A DNA stretch of 64,000 nt from Nemertoderma westbladi (taxonomy: Eukaryota > Animalia > Xenacoelomorpha), in assembly GCA_032718475.1 (NCBI GenBank), contig JAUCBJ010006750.1:62001-126000 (forward strand), given 5' to 3'. Within the stretch, counting starts at the first letter, position 1; each line of letters starts with the position of its first letter. Positions 41,020 through 53,619 of the stretch are shown piece by piece. The position numbers were made by a program, and so were the translations under genes. A model generated the notes under the pieces. The model ran no database searches and was not told the origin of the DNA. It worked only from the letters and a program-made list of their open reading frames with translations.

Positions 41020-44000
41020 TTAAACGGGTTTAGCATTGTCACCAATGTCTGCAGCAGGATCCGGAGTAGGGAACTTATCACCTCTCGTGGAGTCACCACT
41101 GTCATTGCCTTCAAGAAGGCAAAGCCTCTGGATAGGGCGTTGGTAGTGGCCCTTTTCCGTCAGTATCGTCACTGTCCTCACAAGTCCATCCTTGCTTGGG
41201 GTTATTTCCATGACTCGCGCCATAGGCCAGTGGACGCGGTCTTTAAGGTCTTCCTTTACAAGTACCATGTCGCCGACAGCGACATTCCGGTATGTGTTAT
41301 TCCACTTCCTCCTGGTCTGGAGGGTTATGAGGTACTTCTGGGCCCAGATTCTCCACCAATGTGCTGCCAGCGCTTGGGCCTTTTTCCAGTTGGTGTGTCT
41401 CGCAATATCGTTGGGATCTGGGAACATTGCCTCCAGAAGAATGTTGGTCTTGGGTCTTCCAAGTAGATGGTTGGGTGTAAGAGGCTCCAGATCTGTAGGG
41501 TCATCGTGGATGGGTACGATTGGCCGGTTATTCAGGGTGGCTGTGATCTCGCAGAATGTTGTGCGAAGGGTGTTGTGGGTGACCTGGGTATCCCCTAACG
41601 CGACACGCATGGATTGTTTCACCAAGTTGATGAGTTTCTCCCATACCCTGCTCGTATGGGGTGCCAAGGGCGTTTGGAAGTGCCATTGTATATGGTGTTC
41701 CTTCCAGACATGGGATGCGGTTTCATCGGTGAACCATCCCTCGATAGCCTCTCTGAGTTCCCTTTCTCCTCCCACAAAGTTCGTTCCATTATCGGAGTAC
41801 ATATGCCGGCATGATCCGTTGTTCACCACAAACCGACGCAGAGCGTTGATAAAGGCGTGCTAAAGGCGTGAGGTTTACTACGAGGTCCAGGTAAATCGCC
41901 CTTGACCTAAGGCATGTGAAGATGGCTCCCCAGCATTTGATGTTGGCTCGTCACTCGATGACTGTAAATGGTCCGAAACAGTCTACGCCGGTTACGTAGA
42001 ATGGTGGTGAATCGGATTGCAGCCATGTAGCCGGTACGTCGGCCATTCTTTGGGTGAGCGGTGGCGATAGGTATCACCTGCAGGGGAAACATCGTTTCAA
42101 GACTTTCCAGATCAGTGGCTGGATGTGGGTGATCCAATATCGTTGCCGGATGTTGGCCATAATCCAGTTCTGGTCCGCGTGATGGTTTTCCTCGTGACAC
42201 TGCTGGATTAATAGCTTAGCTAGTGTTGACGTTCCAAGCAGAAGTGCCGGGTATTTGACTTCATATTCAACCGGGGCGTTCGCCATCCGGGTATTTAGTC
42301 GGATCAGTCCATCTTCCCCCATCATGGGTCTCAACTGGTAGACTGGGCTGTCAGGTTTCAAAGTCTTGCCCGCGTTGAGCTGTTCCCATTCATTGGGGAA
42401 ACTTTCTTTCTGGATGTATCTCACAATACATTTCTCTGCAATAATGAGTTCTTGTATACTTCGCCGAACTATCGGCTTGTTATCCTTCCACCGCAGGAAG
42501 TTACGAAGAGTCATGACGTGATGGATAAGACGCCTCATCGAGGAGGTTTGCTCTATCAATAGTTGCAAGGACGTGGCTGGTTGCGCAGTGGTCGCAACAT
42601 TATAGTGCCTGCCCGAGTCCTTTGCAGGCTCAGTCAGGCAACTATAGATTTCCACGGTGGCGCTTCCATGGACTTTGCAAATCTCCTTGTCGTCTTCCAA
42701 ATATTTCCCACTATCTAGTTCGGGATCGAATCGGGTGCTCCAGGTTAGTTGTGGTTGCTTTAAGAATCCCGGGCCTGTGATCCAAAGTTTACTCTTACCG
42801 AGCTGTCGTGTGGTGGCGCCTCTGCTCGATAAGTCCGCTGGGTTTTCTTTTCCGTTTACGTGGTGCCACTGTTCTCGGTTGGTATATTGTTTTATTTCTG
42901 TGGCTCGGTTCGCTATGAACGTGGTGTGTCGCCGTGATGGTGAATGGAGGTAGTAAAGCACGATACTCGAATTAACCCAGAAATGCTGCTATTCAATGGG
43001 GATTCTTAGGTTCCGCCTGATCATACGGTTCTGCCTCACGGCCCAGACTGCGGCCTGCAGCTCGAGTCTCGGGATTGTTGCCACAAATTCTCCGGATACC
43101 GTCTTGGCTTTGGAGAATAAGAAACTCGTATCACCGTTTCCATCCTGATTTAATCTTCTTAGAAATGTAACCACGCTGATTCCGGTATTCGATGCATCCG
43201 AGAAAGTATGGAGCTGGAATATATCGGTGGGTATCTTATCGAGGAAGAACGGTCAAGGGATCCGCATGAGGTGTAGCTGTTCGAGTTACTCCGTCCACTT
43301 CTTCCTTTTGGCACTGAGGTGTGGGGGGAGTTCTTCGTCCCATCCCAGTCCTTTGATCCACATTTCTTTGATCAAGTTCATTCCGGCCAATGTTACTGGG
43401 GATATGAAGTTTAATGGATCGAATATGGCGCTCTTTACGGATAAACATCCCCTCTTTGTCATTGGTTTGGGCAGGGGGTTATGTTTGAAGATGAACTGAT
43501 CCAGTTCTATGTCCCATTCGATACCGAGTACGCGGTGATCTACACCCTCGGAAAATTTTGTTGTCGTCTAACCTAATTTCTTCCGGGAACCTTTCCATAA
43601 GTTCCTTATCGTGGGATCTAAACTTCACAAGAGGGAAACCTCCTCTCTTTAAACATTCCACCATTCCCATAGCCAGCTGATATGCCTCGTTGACATTATT
43701 GGCACCAGCGCATCCGTCGTCTACGTAAAAACATCTTTTGATGGTCTCTATGACTGTCAGAGGGAACTCATCTTCACACATAGTCGCTGTTTTCTTCAAC
43801 ATGTCGCTACATGCAACCGGCGAGTCCTTAGCGCCGAAGATTCTGACAATCATGCGCATTACGTCCACATCCTCCAAGGTGAGTTGGTTTATTTCTTGTG
43901 GAGTCAATGTTTTATCTGTCCATAATATACGTAGGCAATCTGAGTCTCTTGATAGCGTTCGGACCTGGTGGAACATCGCTTTGATGTCACATGTGAAGGC

Positions 44001-45130
44001 TATTTTTTTTTTCGGAACCTGATCAATATGCCGATCAGTGTACTGTAGATGTTGGGCCCGGTGTAAAGTTGGCTGTTTAAGGATTTGCCCTGGTACATAG
44101 CCGCAGCATCATTTACTACCTGGATTTTGCCGCCCTTCCGGGCTTCCACCACATAGTGGGTCGGGAGATAATACGTCCATCTAGTCCCCTGCAGTTCGTT
44201 TGTGGGCACCTTTTCCACCAATCCATCTTCCAAATAACCTTTAATCACATTATTATATTTCTCTTTTGTCTCAGGTAGCTCGTTTAACCGGCGTAAGATA
44301 CCTTTGGGCCTCCTTAGGGCCATGCTGGCATTATTAGCCATTGGTCTATCTGGGTCCTTCCAAAGCATGGGCGAGCACTAATGTCCGTCTTTGAATGTTG
44401 CCTGGTCAAGAACGTCCATACAATATTGATCTTCTTCGGACGGATTCTCGTCCTTTTCAGCGAATTCTTGAGTCTCCAAGTTGAAATATTTTGTTATTTC
44501 TCGTTGGGTTTTTTCGGTTTCCAAGAATAAATCCTCATCTAGGTCGGTTGCTGAGCAGTAACCCACAGATGTTGCGTTCTCTTTGATCTGGCATTTCAGA
44601 AGATATGTATATGTGTCGGTAGTCTCTTCTTTGATGCCACAGAGTGTCCATCCCATGATAGTGCGCTCTGCATAGAAACCGTCGTCCGGCTTTACAGATT
44701 GGGCGATGTCTCCAGTCGGTATATGTAGTTCCGGTGTATCGAGTCCGATTAATAGCGTAATTCTGTTCACGTCCAACGGTGGGCATCATAGGTCCATATC
44801 TTCCTGATCTAACTGTATGAGGGGTGCGTATTTGGATGATTGTCAGAATCGCACTCTGAGATCGGTATGCACCAGAGCATTTTTAATCGTTAGTTTGACC
44901 TTTTCGTAACCTTTCATAACTCCTTCCATCCTGAGTTATACCTCCCCGGACTCCACTACTTTATGGTCCGTTATAGTCTGTATGGGTCGCTTGCAAGGTT
45001 CATAGTCTAGGCCTAGTTGTTCGAGGAAGTCCCTGTCTATGATAGTTCCGTCCGACCCATTGTCCAGGAACGCGAGTGTAGTTAGAGATTTTCCGACCCC
45101 TTGGATTCTTACCAGGATCACTTTAGCGAA
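41020..45130 (-). pseudogene. pol: BEL/Pao pol of element A (protease, RT, RNase H, integrase), multiple frameshifts
   Basis: AFLDNGS (protease); MFHQV, FGAKDSP, FYVDD (RT); TIPRLELQAA, NPADLSSRG (Pao RNase H region); H..HH..RQRYWI..CFPC, SDNGTNFVG, NNRPI, DGLVR, RPIQRLCLLE (integrase). Confidence 0.95.
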
Positions 45131-47279
45131 GACCATATAACAGCAATTTATTAAATTGACCGTGGCTGATATGCTGGTCATGTGTGATACGTCAGCGGTG
45201 GTCTTGAACGGATTGGTATCTCTCCACTGAATCGTCCGGGTACCCTTGGAGACGTGGTTCATTTCTCCTCTCTGTTTGGATTCGATACGGAATGGTAGGG
45301 TGGTGAAATCGAAGTTTGCAGGACTGTGGAGGAGTGTATGATGTTGTAGGTCGTTACAAACCACGCAGCATGTCCTTTGGTCGCAATCCCGTACGTAGTG
45401 ACCTGTTCCAAGACACCGGAAGCATCCTCGGTGTTTCATTATTGCCTCGAAGCGTGGAACGAGTTCGGCGAACTGGAATTTTCTGCAGAATTCCATCTTG
45501 TGTTTCTCCCCGCAGAAGAGACATAGAAGGGAGGTTGTGGTGCCTTCCCTCTTGGGTGCCCAATTAGCTAGATAACACGCCCATTCCTCAGCTGATATCG
45601 GTTCCTCATAGTCCTCGTCGTCAGAATCCTCGGCATCGTACTCACTGGAGGGGGGCAGAATCTCGGTTTTGGAGTGGGTGCTCTGCTCCTAGAGTTGTTC
45701 TCTATTCCGTCTAACTTGGAGAGACTTTGTTTGGAGAACATGGAGTCGTTGATGGCTTCGGAATATCATCTAGGAATGCAGACATTTCTAGGAAGCTAGG
45801 ATCCCGATCCGGGTGTCTGCGTCTGAGATCAACACATTTATAAGCCCATTTGCTTTGCAACCATCCGGGGAAATTCCGGGCAATCTGTCAGAGGTTTAGG
45901 ATGTTGCTTACTTGTTCCTCCTTGTTCAATGGTTTTAAAGTATAATAAGCGTCTTTCATTGAGTCCGAAAACTCTAGGATATTCTGTGGATCCCCTAGGG
46001 ATCCAGCGTCCTGTATCAGTTTTCAAGCGTCTTATTGATTATAGTTCCAATGTTACCATATCTCTTATCGAGAGTTTTCCACGCATCGTAGTACGCTGCG
46101 TGAGATCCTCCTTCGAAACATTTAACAATTCGGCGTGGTTTGTCACCCAGATATTGAGATAAATATACCAGTTTTTCCGCGTCAGTTATATCCGTTGATC
46201 CGATCTGAGCAAAGAACCGTTTTTTAAATCCAAGATAATCAACGGGGTCGCCCTCGAAGGTACGGATCTCCATCTTGGGCATAGCTAGGCGGTTCTCCAA
46301 TGCTCGAATGATGCCGACGTCGTCCGAACTGGGATGACTAGGAGGATTGTAGTTACTAACACTCTCTCCCATATATGATGGATCGATAAGAGGTGGAGTT
46401 TTAATAATGACGCAGTTATGGATTTTCGGCGTGGATGTGAATGGATTATTGGATCGAGGGGTGGCATCCCGTTCCGAGTCCCTTTCAGGCTCGTACTGGG
46501 GAACGCTCGGAGCCGTAGGGTTGGAAGGGAGATAGGGTTCCTCGTTTTTAAGTGTAACCGGTGGGGGATGGAATGCCGGTGCTTGTGCCGATAGTGTGGA
46601 CCGTATAACTGGCGGGAACTCGGGTTTCGAAGGTTTTGCAGCCGGTGGCGTAAATGACTTTTCTAATTCTGGGACCGGAATTGGTTCATAGTCTTGTTCT
46701 ATACCCCTTTCCCAGTCATCGTACAGTTGAAGGTCCCATTCTATGAGTGCGGCTTCGTAGTCTGCGAGTTTAGCAATATCCGCATTCTTTTTGTGAATAA
46801 GAATCGCTTGGGCCTCGGCATTTCGTTTATGCATTTCGGCCTCTTGTTTACGTATCTCGGCCTGTTGTTCGGCCTCTACTTTACGCATTTCGGCCTCTTG
46901 TTTTTGTCATTCGGCCTCTTGTTTACGTATCTCGGCCTGTTGTTCGGTCTCTACTTTACGCATTTTGGCCCCTTGTTTTTGTCGTTCGGCCTCTAGTTTA
47001 CATATCTCGGCCTGTATTTCGGCCTCCTGTTGATGTCTTTCCTCTGCTAGTATGTCCTGTTCGATCTGTAATTGGACGTATTTGTCCTCCATACAGGCTT
47101 TAAGGGCCAATGCCCTCTGTTCTCGTAGCTGATCTCAGAGTGGCTGACCCCCTTGGGAGCTGCGCGCTGAACTGGATATCTCGCTCCTGGCGCTGGAGTG
47201 CTGGTGCCTCGAGGACCCGGTTCTCTTTCTTGGAACCAATGTCCTGGTACCGGAGGTCCGTACGGATTCCGCGTCCGCC
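45131..47279 (-). pseudogene. gag: BEL/Pao gag of element A, disrupted and 5'-truncated
   Basis: Coiled-coil EAE repeats (75-bp duplication at ~46835-46990), DUF1759-type PKMEIRTFEGDPVDY...EKLVYL...AWKTLDKRYG, and BEL-type knuckles CFRCLGTGHYVRDC and CVVCNDLQHHTLLH. Confidence 0.92.
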
Positions 47280-48483
47280 TGTAAAAGCTTTTGTGGGATA
47301 TAACTGGCCCTTTTCCTTCGTAATCCAGTTTTTCCCCAATGCGCTCAAATACTCTAAAACTGCCAGATTCGAATGGCACAATCTGCCCGCTGGTTGGCTG
47401 ATTTGCTGTACGTATGGCCTCTTTGTTCTGTTCGATCAACCAATCAGAGCGATGGTCAACCAATCAGAGCGATTCCGCCTTGTGTTAGCTACGGGCTTCA
47501 AAGGCTAGGGAGGTTTGGCATTTCGACATTCGTGGAACCTATGGAATCTGGAGCTCTGCCAATAAGAGCTTTTCCTCTTTGTGTTGAAAGCTACCTGCAA
47601 CAGCTCACAGAATTCAGTGTGTGTTGGTTTTCCATGCCAGAACATCGGCTGTGGAATGATTCTGTGTTTCAGACTTTAGCCAAACATTAGAACGGCTTTG
47701 ATTACCGGAACATATAACTGTTATCAAACAAACCATACAAATCATACCATACATACCTGGCACTTTATATCATACTGTGCATACCTTTCACCGCATTATT
47801 TTACTGTTATTTACTGTCGGTTATTAATTGTATCAGTTGATGGAACATTGTTATATTTGGATAATATCGATAAAGAATCATAAAACCCCCATCTTCTTGA
47901 TATACTGAAGGTAAGAGACCGGTTACATATAGCGATTGCAACTCACATTATATTGGTTTTGGAGTGAATCTAATGCTATTTAATAGGCACTACATGAGTC
48001 AATTGCTGTTCTCTTTATATGTGATCAAATTCAGTGAAGGTCGGCAGATTGGTATGCAGTATTGTGCGGTAGTGTACATGAATGTTACCGATAACTAAGC
48101 ATCTCCTAAAGAATGCGCCTTATACGTGAATCAATAGCCATCCCGTTGTGTTTAGTATAAGTCATAACTCTGTTTACATATTTAGAGCGCCACGTCCTAA
48201 AGGAACTGTTAATATTTCCCGAAAGTGAATAATATTTGTCAGAGATTATATATTAACGATCAATCGAATAATACAGTAGGCTTACACTGCAATATAGGGT
48301 CAGAGCTTCCGAATCCAGTCTCCCGGGTATATCCAGCGGGTGAATGGTCGCGCAATAGGCTGGCTTCGGCTAATGTAGTGTTTATTTGTATCAAATACTT
48401 GTCATAGGCTAAAGTCGATTTATAATCTAGAAGACATATAAATTTGGCAGGTTAAACTGCTAAAGGTCTTAAAAGCGCGAACA
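47280..48483 (+). repeat. 5' LTR of element B (1204 bp)
   Basis: TGTAAAAGCTTTT...GCGCGAACA termini are shared with 57715-58928. Shared internal blocks include AGCGCCACGTCCTAAAGGAACTGTTAATATT and CCAATCAGAGC. Confidence 0.88.
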
Positions 48484-50016
48484 ATAACAGTTATTGCTTC
48501 TTTATTGCAGTAAGCAATAAAGCTGAAGTACCGGTCGACCGGTAACCTGTAGGCCTAACTACCTAACCGCCGGAACCGGTACTTACAATAGTATAGGTAC
48601 TAGTATTATTTCGATTGTGATATATTGTATATTGTAGGCTGTTAGGGGATTAGGGATTGATCACCCCTTACTCCTTTGTATGGTTTACTTATTTCTGTCA
48701 GTTTTATTTACATGTAAGTTAATATTGAGCAGAAGACATGTAAGCCTGCTCAGATTGTACAGATAATTTGTAGGCTGGACTGTTGTCTGACTGTTATTAG
48801 GTCTGAAGACATTGCAGTGTGTGTAGAGTATCTGTCCGATAAAGTACTAGTTAGGAACGTGGGGGCAGCCAATGCTGTAAGGTAAACCCCCCCGAAAGAA
48901 TAAGTCGTCCTACTCGGTTAGAACGCATACTAACTAACCATTTCGGAATCTGCATATACTGTAGTTTATTTAGGCTTGATAGTAGTCTGCCAGCGTTTGG
49001 TTTGTATTTTGTTTGAGTAGTCTGTACGGGTAGCGTAATATTTATTATTCAGAGTTTATGCGATTACTCGCAACATTCATATCCCCAAGTTTATTCATAC
49101 AGTAATTGTGCTTGTTATACATACCGTTATAGTTAAATTAACCCCGGTACTACATCAGGGCTGCTCGGCGTAGGTAAAGACTGGAGATTTTGTGCTTTGG
49201 TCACTCCGGCAGATACCGTGGTTCTTTTAGCTGTACAAGTATTTTAACTGCTGATTATTTGTTATACAAGTACTTGTACCTAATCTAGGGTTTAGTGTAC
49301 AGTGCTTTCCGAAGGTAATTAGTGTGTGGGCAGTATATTTGTGTTGTAAAGTGGTTAATAGGCACGTTGGCTCTGGTAGGCCGCGGTAATTAACTTCTAG
49401 GTAGGAACACTCCGTGAAACATAACGTAGTACTTATAGCGATACAGCTATAAGTCGTCAGACGGTGGTATTTTTCCTATCTGGACAACGCAGTATATTTA
49501 CTACTGCTTATTATTTTCAAATACCGTAGTATCCTGTCTGCTGTAATAACCAGATTTTCTAACCCTTTGTTAGGCTGGTTTGTAGATTTCTTGTAAAATT
49601 ACCCTAAAAATTTCGTACGTGTAATTTTTTGTTGTGTTTATTTAGAGATTGAATCTCACCCTTATTGTACGTAATTTGTAGATAAGTAACTTAGGAAAGT
49701 AGAATTATTTGTTTTAGTGTCAAATAAGTAGCACTTCACTGAGAGCGCACAGCTTTTGTGTCGTGATTACTTCCCAGAAATAATAACATCTATTTCAATG
49801 TTGTAACAAAACCCTCATACGGGTATATATATATATATTATAAATCAACTCAAACCGATATATAAAAAATAGTAGGCCTGTCATACAACAATTAGGTCTT
49901 AATATCAGTTGGACTACTGCTTAAATAACGGTAATAAAGTAACGTAAAGTGACCAAGTAACCCCTAAAATTCAGAAATTCAATAATTCTAAAATAATTGA
50001 CATACTGGTATTTACA

Positions 50017-50265
50017 ATAGGCTTATTATATTTATTTCAATAAATTTAGGCTGAACTTATATAACCGGTACCGGTATTCTATAATTGATTCTAGTTTATA
50101 ATTATACTTATATACTATAAGTGTAAAGTTGTATACCGGTATTCATGATAGGCTTATTATATATTTCTATATATTTGTGCTGAAATTATATACCGGTATT
50201 CTGTGACAAACCTATTTAACAATAATACTTATATATACTATAAGTGTATACCGGTATTCTGATAC
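50017..50265. repeat. ~130-bp tandem duplication with ACCGGTATTC motifs in element B leader
   Basis: ATAGGCTTATTATAT...GCTGAA...ACCGGTATTC...TATACTATAAGTGTA...TACCGGTATTC occurs twice (~50017 and ~50148). Confidence 0.75.
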
Positions 50266-50395
50266 ATTGTATATATATCACGTTGCTTAGAGTAACGATA
50301 TTGGTAAATTAATTACTAGGCTAACATTTGACGCTGAATTACTAGACTTGCTTTAACTGTAATATAGCAGTAGGCATTCAACTGTACAAACAAAC

Positions 50396-52354
50396 ATGTC
50401 TGACACAACCCAATCACTGTCAGATAGTCTCTTAGAAAGTGTTAGAATGACTGTTAGACAGTGTCTTAAAAAGATAGAGACACCTGTACTCCCAGAACCT
50501 ACCTCTAAATTCCCTTTACATAGCACTAAACTACCTGTGCCTAGTAGAACAACCCCTGAGACGGTTCCTGTCCTGGACTCCGAGCGAAATATCAATGATT
50601 TATTGCCCGTTGTCCCTCGTCTACCCGCTACTACGTTGATGGATCCCGCTTCGGCGGTTGATTGGGTGGATGAGGGGCGGCGGGGGATGAATCTGCATCT
50701 GCTCGGGCAGATGCAGGAGACTGTCCACCAGCTCAAGGGAACAGTAAGGGAAAGTAGGTTAGAGTTGCAAGAAGTGCAGCAAAGCATCGCGTTAGAACGC
50801 GATAAATTAGTGAATATACAAAAGGGTATACCACCACCCTCTGTAACAATGTGTCAACCTGTTAGGTCTGAAGTATTTCATGCGCAAGGTGTGGAGCCTA
50901 CACGCATCTATACTGCTAGTGAAGTAGAAACTCCTATAGTCAACCCTATTAAGGGTAATTATAAACCTGTTGACAATTATATTCCATATAGACCTGATCA
51001 TAATCCGAGAAATTTATATACTGATAACTCGATATTAAATAATACGATGGCCCAAGAAAGTTTTACGCGTCAAATGGCTAGAACCGAAGCCCGTCAAGCG
51101 GTAAAGATGGGAGAGATAGTCAAGTTCAATGGAGATGAGATGAAATGATTACCTTTTAATGAATATTACAAGGATAACATACAGAACTCTGTGCTATCTA
51201 ACGGAGAAAAACTTAGATTCCTCATCGAGTGCTTGGAATGATCTCCCAAGTTAATGGCGTTAAAGTTTATTGGACATCCAGATGGATTAAGACAAGTTTG
51301 GGATACATTAAACATCAGGTATGGTAATAGGAATAACATAGCTAGGTATTTGTATGCGAAATTAATGGCGCCCCGAAAGTTTCTTAGCAGCAGGATTATA
51401 GAATTATCTGATGAGATCCAGGAAATCTGTAGACAGCTAGATTGGCTAGGTAAGTCTCATGAATATGAGAATTCTATGGTTGTAGGAGCCTTAGCATCAG
51501 CTTTGCCAAAGGGTGGAGTAGGTACTTGCTGGGACAAAAAGGTTCTCTATTTGATGGAACAACAACAAAGAGACCCTACCATGGCTGATCTCATCTCATT
51601 CTTAGATGGAGAGGTAAAATTACAGCTCCTAAAGCAGTCCCAAGAGAAGACCCTGGAGAACAAGGTTAGTGAGAAACCCGTTTCTAGGAGAAAGGTAACA
51701 CCAGTGTGTTATACCGACGAGGGCGAAAGCCAGGCTTCTCAAGAAGAAGACAGCGGGAAAGGCACAGCAAGATCTTACTATGACAATAAAACACCAAAGG
51801 ACGTAAGTAAATTTAAGTCTCGAACCAGTGACAGGAGAGAATATACAACAAAAACTCCTCCCACGTCTCCTAAAAGAATTCATGGAAGAAAGCCCGAGGA
51901 AAGAACGATCGTGCACCACAAAGCACAGGTTAAAGTAAGTAACATCAAACCAAAATGTGTGTTGTGCGACGGGCCCCACCGTTTAAGTGCGTGTAATGAA
52001 TTCCTGAGGAAATCATTAAAAGATAGATGTGAAGTCATATGGGATAAGCGGTTGTGTTATAATTGCCTCAGACGAGGACACCAACGGCGAACCTGTTACT
52101 CCGACGCGAGGTGTGCTAAGTGCGGTGCAAAACATCATATCTTGTTGCACACTGAATTCGATCGAAACAGCCTGAGTCAGGTAAGTGAGTCCGAACTACA
52201 TGTCCAATTCAGTGATGTGAACGACACTGACCAAAGTTCTCAAATGGAAGGATTCTATACGGACGAATTCTCCGACCAAGACGAATCCTGTTACCTAATA
52301 AATACCGCAGTGTATCGAGCACTTACGTATGAAAAAGACACCGACAGTGCCTAA
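50396..52354 (+). pseudogene. gag: BEL/Pao gag of element B (disrupted near 51148-51240)
   Basis: VKFNGDE, VWDTLNIRYG, PTMADLISFL, and triple knuckle CVLCDGPHRLSAC / CYNCLRRGHQRRTC / CAKCGAKHHILLH. Confidence 0.93.
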
Positions 52355-53619
52355 GGAGGTGAGGTCTCTATAGGGGTGCTGTCAACAGGCGGCGGCGGAC
52401 TCGTGAGGGTCTGGGGGCACATTAAATTTGTGTCTATAGTGCAAGGGAGTTACTGAAGGCCCTCGTGTCTAGCGAACCATGAATCAACATGGTGCCATGG
52501 TACCATCTAGTCGGCCTGTTGCCGTACTGCTAGTCCTGTACACAGTAGGGGTGGTGGCTTAGTGTGATCTGTGGTTTATGTGGTCTATGTGGTAGGCCTA
52601 TGTTTGGTATGTATGAGTTGACCAGACTCTTTACTGTCTCCGATCGGTTGCCAAAACGTGTCTTTTCCCAGGGTAGCACTATTGGAATGGAGGTGTTGCA
52701 TCGGAATGGACAGGTTTCTGATGATTCTGTTGGTACTACTATTGGAATGGAGGTGGCACCCGGAATATCGGCTGCAAGGAGGGGTTGGTGTTGTAGTGTG
52801 GTCCGAGTGAATGATACTCTGGAATCTGTGGTTTGTGTGTGTACGTGGTATACGTGAGTGTATGTATGGCCACTGCGAGTGAGTATGGGAACCCTTACCG
52901 GTTGGTTCAGTCGCCGCTGGTTATTAGTAGGACCATATCTTTACTGCGCCCCAGCATATTTTGTGCACACAAAGTTATTATGCCCTGACGGCAAAATAAG
53001 GTACTCTCGACTCTTTATCAGTCGATACAATTTTGTCCCCTCTGATTTTGTCACTGATATGTCTTTCCCGATTATGTCCTCTGTGTGTGCATGGTATGCG
53101 TCAGATTTGTGTTTACCGTTGTATACTTGATTTCGTGAGCATCTATTGAGTACACGTGTACAGTGACTGGTAAGTGGTGACTTGTTCCTAGCTTTCGAGC
53201 TAGTCAGTATTGTTTGCGGAACCGACTTCCCCTCAATACTGATGGCGAGGCGGGTGAAAATGTGTCAACATTCCAGGTTGGGTAGCGCAAGCCCACTTGG
53301 GACAAGACCGTCGGTTTGGCTCAAGGGCGACCTTGATGCTCGATCGCTATCGACTGGTCCACCCGCCGGTTGACTCTCTGAGTTCGCTCAATGTACAGTC
53401 AGGCCACAGTAAGTTGACAGTAGCCGACCATCTGGCTACACCGACGAGCTGTGCCGGTGTGATCGGGGGATTGAAAATTGAACCCGGGAAGCATCGGGCT
53501 ACCCTCCGGCCCAGTCTGATATAAACATCAGTCGGACTGGCCCCAAGGGTGGTGGGAAAGCGTCCGCCTCGTGGGTGCGCCTCGGGGAGGAGCCCAGAAG
53601 GACGTAAGCGGAGCCCCCA
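52355..53619. other. Unclassified ~1.27-kb insertion between gag and protease of element B
   Basis: Gag frame stops at 52354 and a protease-contiguous frame resumes at ~53620 (LNTPKGQPSWKAPTSNVGIREFPVVQLRV). CTAA occurs at both edges. No recognisable ORF. Confidence 0.6.

Larger units (their letters stand above)
34241..47279 (-). mobile_element. BEL/Pao LTR retrotransposon A, decayed, 5' end missing, with ~4.7-kb 3' accessory region
   Basis: Minus-strand order gag-PR-RT-RNaseH-IN, then extra ORFs, poly-G PPT and TGTT-starting LTR. Truncated in gag by the 5' LTR of element B. Confidence 0.88.

Noticed and set aside
41140-47690. Plus-strand ORFs over element A (e.g. 41192-41863)
   Set aside because: Antisense shadows of gag-pol with no motifs.
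47280-48483. This repeat as the 5' LTR of element A, or as an inverted terminal repeat
   Set aside because: It matches A's 3' LTR only over 8 bp, and is a full direct homologue of the PPT-preceded LTR at 57715-58928.
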